From positions 186,001-250,000 of the forward strand of contig MCFH01000022.1 of NCBI GenBank assembly GCA_002104945.1: a stretch of 64,000 bases of DNA. The letters run 5' to 3'. Positions 9,525-21,652 of the stretch are shown one piece after another. Made by a program: the position numbers and the translations under genes. How positions within the stretch are numbered: position 1 is the first letter of the stretch; the number at the start of each line of letters is the position of its first letter. The notes beneath the pieces are model-generated. The model was not told where the DNA came from. It did not search any database and saw nothing but the letters and a program-made list of their open reading frames with translations. This DNA is from Piromyces finnis finn (taxonomy: Eukaryota > Fungi > Neocallimastigomycota).

Positions 9525-11370
9525 TTATAAGGAATCCTTTCTCGAAGGAATTTCAATTACAAATAGTTGGTATCTGTGCTTGATTAGATTACCAACTTTA
9601 TTCTTTCTAATTTTCATGGAGGAGTCGTTGTAAAGATATCAAACGCCTCTGTTTGATATCTTTAATGTAACTTAAGCCACAAGTATTATTGTTTAAGTTA
9701 CACAATTTATATTACAGAAAAAGAAAATGAGACATAATTTATTTATTAATAATTAAAGTTTAAAACAAAATAAATTATTAATTTATTTTTAATGTTTTAC
9801 AAATAAATTAAATTTCTCAATTTAATTTCTTAGTTTTAGTATTGTTTTTTGATAGAAAAAGATGAATAGTATATAAATAATAAATGATTAATATATAAAT
9901 AATACATGGGTACATATTCAAATTAAATAGTATTTGATTTGAATTGCCTATTTAATTTTACTAAAATAGTTATAGTTTAAATATTTTATTAATAATTAAG
10001 ATTTTAGTGTAGATTTTAAATAATAATATATAAGAAATAAATAGTTATAATATAATATAAATGTATTTAGGAAAAATATAAATAGAAAATATTTTTCATC
10101 ATTTTATCAATGTAATTGTTATTAATAAAATTTCTATTATAATAAAAGATATTTTTAATAAAACAATTTTTTATTTTATTTTAAATTTTGTGTTATTGTA
10201 ATAGAATAGATATCCTAATCTATTCTTTCTGTGTCAGCATTACATTAATAAAATTTCTATTATAATAAAAGATATTTTTAATAAAACAATTTTTATTTTT
10301 ATTTTAAATTTAGTGTTATTGTAATAGAATAGATATCCTAATCTATTCTTTCTGTGTCACCATTACAGTCGTTCGACTTATGTTTTGACTTTTTAGAGTT
10401 TCTTTCAAACTCTTGTATTAATTGTTTATCTGGAATCTGATCTTCAGAAATCCAAGTGGATTTGTCAAATCCTTTCCACGATAACTTATAAAATGTTTCA
10501 CCATTAACAGATTTCATCTTCTCAATGTTCTCTGGAATTTTTTCAATCAAATCTGTGTTAAGGTGAATGTTTCTCTTCCTACGATTAGATCTGTCGTTAA
10601 ACTCGTTTTCAAAGTATGGTTCTAACAATGAAACATGAAAGACTGGATGACATCTCATTGTCTTTGGAAGTTTCAATTTGAAAGCGAGAGAACTAACTTT
10701 TCCAATTATCTCAAATGGGCCAAGCATTTGAGGTGCTAATTTTCTCTTTAGGTTAGTTCCAGGAGAATCTTTCAATAACCATACCTTCTTTCCCACTTCG
10801 AACTCCGGGGGACTCATTCTTTTCATATCGGCATATTTCTTATATGTTTCTTTTGCTTTTTCTAAATTTTCTTTTAATAATTTAAAGTTTTCATTTATAT
10901 CAATTACTCTTTGTTCAGCTCTACTAGGTCTATCATTAGCTGGAATTTCTAAGATGAACTTTGGATGAAAACCATAATTAGCAAAGAATGGGGATTGATT
11001 TATAGATTGTTGTAAAGTATTATTATATGCAAATTCAGCAAATGGGATAAGATCAACCCAGTTATTCTGCTTTTTATTTATAAAACAACGGAAATATTGT
11101 TCTAATATGTCGTTCACCCTCTCCGTTTGACCATCTGTCTGCGGATGGTTGGCAGTTGATAATGAATGATTGATATTAAGAAGGTCACAAAGTCTTGACC
11201 AAAAGTCAGAAGTAAATTGCGAGCCTCTATCAGAAATGATGGAATCAGGAAGACCATGCAAACGAAAGACATTAGCAATAAAAGCATCAGCAGCAATCGA
11301 AGCAGTAGGAAGACAACGTAAAGGAATGGCGTGAGCAAATTTAGTAAATCTATCGACAACAACCATGAGA
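9525..11370 (-). pseudogene. Integrase-chromodomain remnant split by an insertion (11370-10368, then 9623-9525)
   Basis: VVVDRFTK...ISDRGSQF...GQTERVN...LGPF...VFHVSLLEPY...WKGF. Removing 9629-10367 and one TSD copy restores the frame ...KSND-SSMKIRK...KDSL*. Confidence 0.85.
9629..10367 (+). mobile_element. Solo LTR of the element-E family, opposite orientation, with a tandem duplication of its last 123 bp
   Basis: TGTAA...TTACA; TSD GTCGT at 9624-9628 and 10368-10372; 10245-10367 repeats the LTR 3' end. Confidence 0.9.
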
Positions 11371-11385
11371 GTTGTCGATAGATTT

Positions 11386-11558
11386 GAAAACATAATAAAA
11401 GTGTTTATTTTCGAGTTTTTGAGTGATTTATTTGTTAATTGTAAAACATATTTTATTTTAAATATTTTAGATTTATTGTTTCATCATAAATACTAGAATT
11501 TATTATTTATTAAAAATACTATATTATTCAAAAATATATCGGTCAACGCATCATTACA
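11386..11558 (+). repeat. LTR-like 3' fragment ending CATTACA; inverted diverged copy at ~26092-26250
   Basis: Contains TTCGAGTTTTT (also in the chromovirus LTR); its reverse complement aligns by eye with GATGCGTTGACCG... at 26096. Confidence 0.5.
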
Positions 11559-12421
11559 AGATGCATAGAAAAATATAATATTTTAAATATTTTATGAATA
11601 ATATCTAGTCCTTTTATAATTTGTATAACAACTATTAATGTTAATAATAAATAAACTATATTATGACGCAAATGTTACACATTAGAATAATTAGTTACAC
11701 AAGAAAGAAAAAGATATAAAAATAGTGATAAAGAATAAGATATTAAATGAAAGAGAGAACCTTTTCAATTATAAATAATATTTGATATTTTAGTTTTAAG
11801 TATTAGTTTTAGTTTAGTTTTAGTCGAATTTAGTTTTATGTTAATACTACATATTTTTAGTATTTATATAATAAACTCAAAAAGTTAATTATATTATAAG
11901 AATCCTATTATAAAGAATATAACGAAACATATGTACATGAATTCTATAATTAGTATATAACTAATGTATTATAATATATATCAATTATTATATTATATCA
12001 TGAAATATTTGATATAAATTTTTAAATCTGAAATTGAATATTTTAAATAATAAAAATTATTTTAAATAGGACTAAAAGGTAGCTAGACATATTAGTTTCA
12101 TATCAAATGTTCAAAAATATTCCAATAATAATGTAAATTAAATAAATCATAACCCTTGAGTATTCCTTAACTCTAATAGAATGTTTAAAAATAATATTTT
12201 ATTATTATTTACATTATTAAATAGTAGATAAAAAATAATACATTTCATTTGTTAAGTGTTATATAACCACTATTAATAGTATTTTATTATTTAATATTGC
12301 ATATTATTTTTTTTATCTTTAATTTTATATATAATAGTGACGTTTACTTTTATTTTAAAAGCTTAAAAATTTTTTTTGCTTAAAATTATTTGTTGAAATA
12401 GTCTCATAAAATAAATTTGAG

Positions 12422-12712
12422 CAATATTTACATTTACTTTATACTATTTAATACGCCATTACTTATTAACAATATTTACCTTTATTTTATACTATTTAAT
12501 ACGCCATTACTTATTAACAATATTTACATTTATTTTATACTATTTAATACGCCATTACTTATTAACAATATTTACCTTTATTTTATACTATTTAATACGC
12601 CATTACTTATTAACAATATTTACATTTATTTTATACTATTTAATACGCCATTACTTATTAACAATATTTACCTTTATTTTATACTATTTAATATGCCATT
12701 ACTTATTAACAA
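12422..12712. repeat. 48-bp minisatellite, 6 copies
   Basis: Unit CAATATTTAC(A/C)TTTATTTTATACTATTTAATACGCCATTACTTATTAA; copy 1 has TTTACTTT and copy 6 has ATGCC. Confidence 0.95.
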
Positions 12713-14793
12713 ATGATAGTTTTTTTTTTAAATTCTACAATTTATATAATAAATATTTCTATTTAAAAATAAAAACATATGAAAAATGAATTTTATTTTA
12801 TCTTTATTAAAATTTTTATACCTAATCTTTACAATTTTTTGAGAGGTTTTCTTAATATATTACTATTTTAGATAATATTTTTAAAAATAAAGGTATTACT
12901 ACTGTTTCATTATAAATACGAAATTGTTTTTAAATAATCAATAAATGTTAACTTTATAGTAATTATATAGAAGTTTTTTTAATTGAATATTTTAAATTTA
13001 TTCTTTTATATTTTTTCCCATAATCCTATAATGAAATTATAAACGGTATATTATATAGGCCGTACATAATTTTTATTCATTTATAAGAAATATATTTAAA
13101 ATTTAATAATCAAAATACCAATTAAATTAATAGATTTTCCTACTAAATAAAATAAATACAATAAAATATTTAATTCATCATATGTTGTATTATCTTAATA
13201 TTTTTAAAAATAAATAGCATTTTAATATAACTAACAAATATAAATATGAGTAATATTTATAAAATATATTTGATATTTTTATTCAACCTTATAATCATTG
13301 CCTACAAAAATCTATTTAAAATTTTGATATATTCATAATAAGAACGATAAGGTGAACTATTAGTGTTAATTTATCATTACAATTCCATATACACTATATA
13401 TATACTATAATTTATTTATAATTATATATCAATTTGATTTAAAATATAACTGATTTTTATAATTCTTTTTTAATTAATTACCTTTTTTTTTTTTAGAGAA
13501 TTAATATAAAATATAAAAATGATTATATATATAATGGTAACTTTCCCTTTTTTTTAACTAATTTATAAATAATTAATATTTTTTAATGATAATAGTAATA
13601 ATATTTATCAAGTTAAACTTTATTTATTTATTAATACATTATCATAGAAATATTTGTTAGTACAGCAACAAAAATACTATTCAATATTTTATTTTCTAAT
13701 TTATTTAATAAATCCTAATAAGAAATGTTTTTAAAAATAAAATAATAAATAAATAAATGAAAGCAAACTATTTTCCTTTAAAAAAAAACTTTTTAAGGTT
13801 TTTTTTAAAATTTTGTTATCAACCTTTTTTTTTTTTTTTACTATTTAATAATAGATATATACTATTTAAAAATAATTTATTACAAAGCATTTTATTTTTT
13901 TCCCTTTTATATATTATTACATATGTTAATTCAATTGATACCTTTTAAATATTCCTTAATTACATAGTTCTTCATATTATGATGTATATATTTTTTTTCA
14001 AAAAAAAAATTATAAAATTCACAACTTCATTAGGTTATATTCAAAAAAAAAAAAAAAAAAAAAATTAATTTAAAACTTTAAAAATTATGAATCATTTCGT
14101 AAATTAGGTGAATCATCTAATTTATGATATCTAAATATTTTTTATAATATACTATAAAAAATATCTTTTAATTTTATTGATAAAATATATTTTATATTTT
14201 TATACATAATTTATAATAAAATTATAATACATACATAGTATTTTATATTTTATTTATTATAAAGTAATAGCCAATACCCATTATGTTTTTAAACCATTGA
14301 TCTAATTTAAACGTTTCAATTACATTATTATACATTGCATTGTTATGATTATAATGCATCATGTAATATAATGTAGCAAAAACGTGCTTTACTAAAAATT
14401 ATTTTTTAGAAAATTATGAATTATCCCTTTTAAAGAGGCTTTTACTATTTAGTTTAATAAAAATGATAGTTCTATTTATTTAATATAACATTATATTAAA
14501 TAAATAACTTTAAATATTAATATTTTTATTAACAATAAAATTTTTAATAATAACAAAGTTATATAGTTAAATTAAAAAAATTGGTAATTACTATTTCAGG
14601 AATAAATTAACAAACATATAATTTATTATGGAAAAGTGTATGAAATGTCATACAATGATAGAATTTTGTAATAGCTGTATTATCGTTAAATTGAAAAATA
14701 ATACATAATACCATATTCCTTAATAAAAAGAGTAATAGCATAGCAATAAAATAAAAATTATTATGATTTATTATTACTTTTGATAAAACCATC

Positions 14794-15066
14794 ATAATAT
14801 AATATAATATAATATAATATAATATAATATAATATAATATAATATAATATAATATAATATAATATAATATAATATAATATAATATAATATAATATAATAT
14901 AATATAATATAATATAATATAATATAATATAATATAATATAATATAATATAATATAATATAATATAATATAATATAATATAATATAATATAATATAATAT
15001 AATATAATATAATATAATATAATATAATATAATATAATATAATATAATATAATATAATATAATATA
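14794..15066. repeat. (AATAT)n microsatellite, ~54 units
   Basis: Perfect pentanucleotide run read directly. Confidence 0.97.
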
Positions 15067-16569
15067 AATATGATTTTTATATATTAGGTATTTAATTATA
15101 TATTAATTAATACTCTTAATTTTTGGAACTTTTTTTAAATTAATTAAAATGGGGATAAAGCAGAATTCAAGTTATTTTAATTAGTTCAAAAAAAAGGAAA
15201 AAGAGAGAATTCAATATTGTTTCGTCTAATAACGGAGAAGAAAAAAAAAAGGTAAAGAAAGAAAACATATAGATAAAATAATAGAAAATAAAAAAAAAAA
15301 TTTAGTATTATAAATTCATAATAATATTAAGAATAAAAGTTTAGTTAGGATTGTTGTTTTTTTGTGCTACCAAACCAATTCCACTATACGAAATGTGAAA
15401 TCTAATATTATTGTTCTAACATCAATGGTTAACGTGACCAATATAATTTTTTTTAAAAAAATTCCGATTCCTTTTTTTTTTTTTTTTTTTTGCCATAAAG
15501 ATTTATAATATTAATTTTTTTACTAAAATATTTTAAATGTTTTGTATTTTTAACTTTTAATAGTAATTAATTGTTTTAAAGAATTGGTTAACGGCCGTTA
15601 TAGCTAGTGATTATGTTTTAATATATTTGAAACCAATATTTTTATTTAATTTGGCATATAAACCAACAATACCAACAATAGGAAAATCAAATATTTTTTT
15701 TTATTTTAAATTACATTAATATGTTAATGTATGTATGAATACATTACGTTAATAAATGAAATGTTTATTATTTTTGTTAAAGGATTAGAATTTTTTAAGC
15801 TATATAGCTATAATTACTTTTTTATATTATTAAAAAAGGTAATATTAATAAACATATAAATAAAAAGATTACTTTATTTTTATTATTCCATATAATAAAA
15901 TAATTCCCAAAATATTTAAATTTTATATTTTTTTTTAATTACAATTCATTAAAAATTAGTATTACAAAAGAGTTCAAATCTATTTTTGTTAGGAAAAAGT
16001 ACATGTTCAAAAAAAAACAATAAAATTGTATAGAAATTTACTGTAACTAATAATATATTAAGTTGAAAATAAGCAAAGATTTTAGACGTTTTAATGGATA
16101 CGATTTTTTATTTCTAGATTTTAGGCGGATACAATATGTCATAGATAATTTTATTAATAAAGATACTTATAAAATAAAAGGTTTATACACTAATACAATA
16201 AAACCATTATTTTAAAAATGCTTTCAATAAATAGACTATAAATGAAACTACACTATAAACTTTTATAAAAAACACTATTTAATAAGGAACAAGAGTAAAT
16301 AACAGCAACTCTATTCCTTTTTTTGATTCCTACTATAAATCATGGTTTATTATTAAATAAAGTTAAAATTAAATTAAAATTATTATAATAAACTGAGAAT
16401 TTATTTTATTGGTTATAATTTTTTAAAAAAGAAAACAACAAAAATTTAAAGAAAAAAAAAAGCAAAAAAGTTGAAATAAAAATAAGCTAATTATTATTGG
16501 TTTTATTTATGAAATTCAAGCTTTTTAGTAATTCTAAAGTTGTTTTTTTTTTTAAAAAAGATTACCATG

Positions 16570-17070
16570 ATACTATTATTCCTAACAACAATACTATTCA
16601 ATAAAAGTTCCTGAGTTAATGGAAGCTTTATAATATATTAAAATATTCCATTATTGTGTGTGTCGTTCCAGTTTTCATCCTGGTTGTTAAGGAATATTCT
16701 TAGGTTAATGCACCTTTTTTAATTTACTACTCTGATAATAACACTCGTCTAGCAGGCCGGTCTGAGAGTAGATTTCAAATTAGAACTTTATAAGCGGTGA
16801 CTTTAGCCAAAAATACACCAGCATATGCCTTAATTGAGTGTAGAAATTAAGTGACGGTTGACACGTGATCGAAATGACGATATGAGGCTTAATAGTATGA
16901 TTAAAAATATCGTACAATGACATGTATCTAATGTACATGAATTAAATGAGGGTCGAAGCTAAAGATTCAGTATGCCAGACAGGAGGACCTAGCAATAGGA
17001 AAGAGCCAACATTTCTCTAAGAACCACCATTGGAGCTTACTCTGATGGATGGGTGGGAGAAATGCACTCG
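16570..17070. ncRNA. Candidate structured non-coding RNA, identity unknown
   Basis: GC-enriched island with no ORF in the track and multiple complementary blocks; CCATTGGAGCTTACT resembles RNase MRP CR-V as recalled from memory. Confidence 0.3.
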
Positions 17071-20000
17071 AAAGTTAAGGATAAAAGTATATTGTATGTA
17101 TATTATTAATATTAATATGTGTGCTATATAGAAGAAAAGAAAAATTAACCACATCATCAACATGAAAGATTATTAATTAAATTTTTTCTATTCTTTTTTT
17201 ATATGGAAGAATTTTAATTAATTCCTTTTTTGATATTATTGTTTTTTTTTCTATATTATTTTTTGTTAAGGAAGATAATACAAACTTCTTTTCATTTTTA
17301 ATATATTATAATATACTATAATATTATTGGTAATAAATTAATCCTATACTACCTTAATATAGGTTAACACGATTGGTAATATATTAACCATATATACTTT
17401 TGTAATAAGTTACTAATAGATAGAATTAGCATTATTCATATTGATAATTTTAAATTGTATAACCATATTTTAATATATTCTATTATATAATTTATATATA
17501 TTAACAAATATATTCAAGGAGATTTTAATATATGGCTTTTGGCATCATTCATCATTACTATTCTATTAAAAAAAAAGAGTCATAACATTAAAAATTTAGT
17601 TTGATAAAATATACTTTAATATATGATAGTTATATATTAAAATATATGTTCAATATATTAATATAATTAATTATATAAAAGGATATATTAACATTCTTTT
17701 GGTTATTATTTAATAGGTGGTTTGTTTATATATTAAATTAAATTAAATTAAATTTATTAAAAATAAGGTTATTAATTATTTTTGTATAGCGAGTTTATTT
17801 ATTTTAATGTTTTAAATTTGTTTGAGTAATATATAAATTATACTAATAATATATAAATAATAAAAATTTTATTTTATTTCCGTAGTATAATTAATATACG
17901 TGGAATTATACTTTTAATATTATCAATATTCTATTTTTTTGTGTTTTTCAATATATTAATCTATATTTTCTAATTTTTTTTTTTATAGGGATGAATGGTG
18001 TGTGTGTGATAAAAAATCTTAATTATTATTAATAGGAAATAATATTAATTTTTTAATTAAATTATGATTAGAAGTTTCATTTTTTTTTTTTTTAATGTTT
18101 ATAAAAATGAAGGATTTCCCTTTTAAATTAGAATTTTGAAATTTTTTTTTATAAGTAAATATATTTGAAAATTTTTTATTTTAATACGATTAAGAAAAAA
18201 AAAAAAGGGTTCAATAAACTTTTTTTGTAAAAGAATAGTTATTTGAATAATTATTTATTTATATTGTATATCTTCATTGTTATTTATTTTTTTTTTTTTT
18301 TACTTATTTATATAACCTTTTTACATATTGAAGAAAAAGATATATGAAAAGATTAGAATAAAAAAGTTTAAAGGAAAAGAAAAAAAAAAGATAAAAAAGA
18401 ACATATATAATATAAAGTGATCTTAATTTAGAATAATTAAAAATAAAAAATCTTTAAACGATAATAAAAAAAAATTTCTTTTTAAATAACAAAGTAAAAA
18501 AAAAAAACACAAATAAAAGCTAGTTAAAAATACATGTTACAACAAAATAATAAACAAAAAGCTCTAAAATAAAAAAAATAAAATAATAAAACAAAAGAAA
18601 AAAAAGCAATAAAATAAAGAAAATAAATAAAACTAATAAAACTAATCTATTAAAATACTTTAAAAGAATAAAAATTTAAATAATTTATTTAGTATAGTAA
18701 ATTATAGTAAATATAGTATTTTTTTGAGTAGTTTTAATAATAGTGCAAAGTTATATATATATATTATTAATAGAAAAATAAATATATTTAATAAAGTAAT
18801 TAAATATAATTAGGCTAATAATACATATATATAGTTTTTAATACTTTAAAGGGCTAAAAGCAAAAATAATTACGTTAATAGGAGCCAAAACCAATAATTA
18901 AAAATATCTTTTATAAATATAATTTCATTGTTTAAATTTAAATTTAATCAATAATATCCAATTATTATTTATATAAGTAATTTAGTTAATAGTATATATA
19001 ATATAGTTAGGAATTAACCACTATAAATAATTTTACGAAAGAGATTTTATAATAATAAAAATTAAAAGGAAAATATATACAACAGAAATAGAAAAATAGT
19101 TGAAAAATATATAAAAAATAACCAACAAAATAATAGCAACAGAAAAAAAGAGTTTAATGAATAGTGTGTAAATATTAAAATAACTATTAATTAAAGTTTT
19201 TTAGTATAACAAATTATAGAGTGAGAAATATATTAGTTAATTTATTAATTAAAATAATTCATCGTAAGCATACTTTTCCAAAAATATTTTTTAACAATTA
19301 AAATTTATTACTTTTTTGAAGTTTATATTTAAAAAAATATTCATAAATAGAACTTTTGTAATATATTATAAAAATATTTTTTTAAGTATTCATTGATAAA
19401 AAGTAATTTTTTATAATTAATCCTTTTTTTATTTATTTATTATAAAACGCAAATCAAATTTTTAATAGAAAAAAACAATTTATTAGTTTAAATATTAAAA
19501 AACTAATTTCAAATAACGAAAGCAAAGTAAAAAATTAATTTTAACTTAATACTACTAATTTGTAAAAATTAATCATTTTTTAAAACGAAATTTTTTCTTT
19601 TAATATAATTTTACGAATAGTATTTTAATAAAAGCAATTTTTTATTGAATCAAATAATATAATAATTGTTTATATTATTTAATTACTTACAAAAATATAA
19701 GAATATAATAATAAATATATTTGATATATTTTTATTACTATATTCTTTAAAATAATACCAAATTATAGATTTTTTAAATATAAAAAATATTTTTTTATTT
19801 AAGAAATAACAATATAATTTTAATACTTTAAAAAAATTGAGAAATGATATTATTATCTAAATATAAGAATAATAGCATCATTTAAATATATACCACAATC
19901 TTTAAAGTATACTCATATTATGATATCTAAATTTTATCATTTTAGTGAAAGTATGATAAGCGAATAATAGCAAATTAATATTAAGAGAAAGTATTAAAAT

Positions 20001-20637
20001 TTTAAAAAATAACATTTTTACAATCTTTAAAAAAAGGGAATAACAAAAAACGTTAGTAATAACAATAATTACAAAAATCATAACAAAACAATCTTTTAAA
20101 AATATATTTAATTTTTGATTTCTTTTTTAATTTATTTTCAATATTAGAATTTTTATTTTTACAGCATTTTTTTTCATTTTTATGTAAATTAATTTATAAA
20201 TATATTTAAAATCATTTTTTTAATTATATAGTAAAAAATACCAAAAAAAAAATTAAATTATTTAAAAATTCATAAAAAAAAAGAAAAAAAATCAAAAACT
20301 TTTAAAAAAAATATATATTATCTTTTTACTTATAACTATGAACAATACCAAAATCAATATAATTATTTTTAATTTATAATTTATAATACTAATTCATATA
20401 ATAAAAAAGATATCAAAAAAAAAATTAATCTATAAATAAATAATAATAATATCAATAATCTTTGGGATATAAATCTATTAATTTTTTTTGGAAAGAAATC
20501 TTTATAGAACCTAATATTTTTATATTTAAAAATATTCAACTCTATTAAAGCGAAACAAAACAAAAAAAAATCACAAGAAAATAAATTTATTTTATATAAT
20601 TAATAAAATCTATTATTTATTCATATCAATATAAAAA

Positions 20638-21531
20638 ATGTCCAAATCCTATGTAAGAGCAAAATCACAGGGTTTTAAACAAAACTCAAACAACAACAAC
20701 AACGGCAATAGTAATAATAAAAAAATGAAGAATAATAAAGCGTTCAATCGTAAGTCTATTCAGAAAAAATACTATAACAATCCAAGCAATACTAGTACTT
20801 TTAAAACCCAAAAGAAGAAACTTTGCAGTGCTTCAATGAAGAAAATGGTTCATTTCAATGAAATTGTCGAAGTAGGTTATACTCATGCTGCTGAAGAATA
20901 TGATAGAACTAGTATAGTTGCATCTAAATTAACTAAGGAGGATATTCTTGAAATATTACATCTTCGTGAAAAATTTAGAATGGAAACTATGGAAGCTACA
21001 AGACAAAGAGCTATAGAAGAATCTAATCAATCATCACCAGTTTTTACCAATGTAATGCCATCTTCTCCAATTATGGACGACATGAATTTAGCCGTTTATG
21101 CTTCTACTAGCATCGGAAATTCTAGTTTATTAACTGAAGTTCTTGCAGTTCCTCCATCTATTATTTCTTCGCCAGTTCTTACTCCACGTACTAATGATGA
21201 TGAAATGATTACTCAAAAACAAAGGGAAATTGAATATATGATTTACCAAAAGCAACAAATGGAAAATAATTATTTAGAAGCATTACATTATCAACAGGCT
21301 CTTCAAGTTCTTGCTCAACAGCAACAAAACTTTGATTTATGGAGATTATATTCTCAACCACAACAAACTTTTATTGAATCTGATCTTTATTTACAACCAT
21401 CTAATTCTAATTATTATGCTAATATTAATAATGTTTCTCCTTCTATGGCTTTATGGTATGCACAAGATAAAGCAATGTACCCAGCTGAATATGAACCAGT
21501 TCAATTAATGACTCAAATGGAAGTCATGTAA
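20638..21531 (+). CDS. 297-aa protein with a neurabin/Bni4-like PP1-docking motif; otherwise low complexity (N/K-rich N-terminus, Q/Y-rich C-terminus)
   Basis: Intact ATG-TAA ORF with coding-like composition; KKMVHFNEIVEVGYTHAAEEYDR fits RVxF plus hydrophobic pair plus EYDR. Confidence 0.8.
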   Translation: MSKSYVRAKSQGFKQNSNNNNNGNSNNKKMKNNKAFNRKSIQKKYYNNPSNTSTFKTQKKKLCSASMKKMVHFNEIVEVGYTHAAEEYDRTSIVASKLTKEDILEILHLREKFRMETMEATRQRAIEESNQSSPVFTNVMPSSPIMDDMNLAVYASTSIGNSSLLTEVLAVPPSIISSPVLTPRTNDDEMITQKQREIEYMIYQKQQMENNYLEALHYQQALQVLAQQQQNFDLWRLYSQPQQTFIESDLYLQPSNSNYYANINNVSPSMALWYAQDKAMYPAEYEPVQLMTQMEVM

Positions 21532-21617
21532 GGAACGGTCTAAAACAAAACTCTAAAGAAAATATTTTTTAAAGACGAAAAATAGAAAGTTTTAAAAATT
21601 GAGTTACATAAAAGGAG

Positions 21618-21652
<35 letters not shown>

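Larger units (their letters stand above)
8887..11370 (-). mobile_element. 5'-truncated chromovirus (element E): integrase remnant, PPT and 3' LTR, interrupted by a solo LTR
   Basis: Minus-strand integrase with DDE core, GPF and chromo-like domain; PPT AGAGAGAGAGAT (9500-9489); 3' LTR 9488-8887 (TGTAA...TTACA). Confidence 0.88.

Noticed and set aside
9385-9633. 82-aa ORF
   Set aside because: Spans LTR, PPT and the antisense of the integrase tail; an artefact.
11673-12200. Possible further solo LTR starting TGTTACAC
   Set aside because: No second copy, right terminus or TSD found.
12417-12716. 99-aa repetitive ORF; also CRISPR-like appearance
   Set aside because: Translation of a minisatellite with a TTG start; no unique spacers and a eukaryotic context.
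16696-16706. TTAGGTTA as a telomerase template for (TTAGG)n
   Set aside because: An 8-mer expected by chance in AT-rich DNA; the host telomere repeat is not known from this window.
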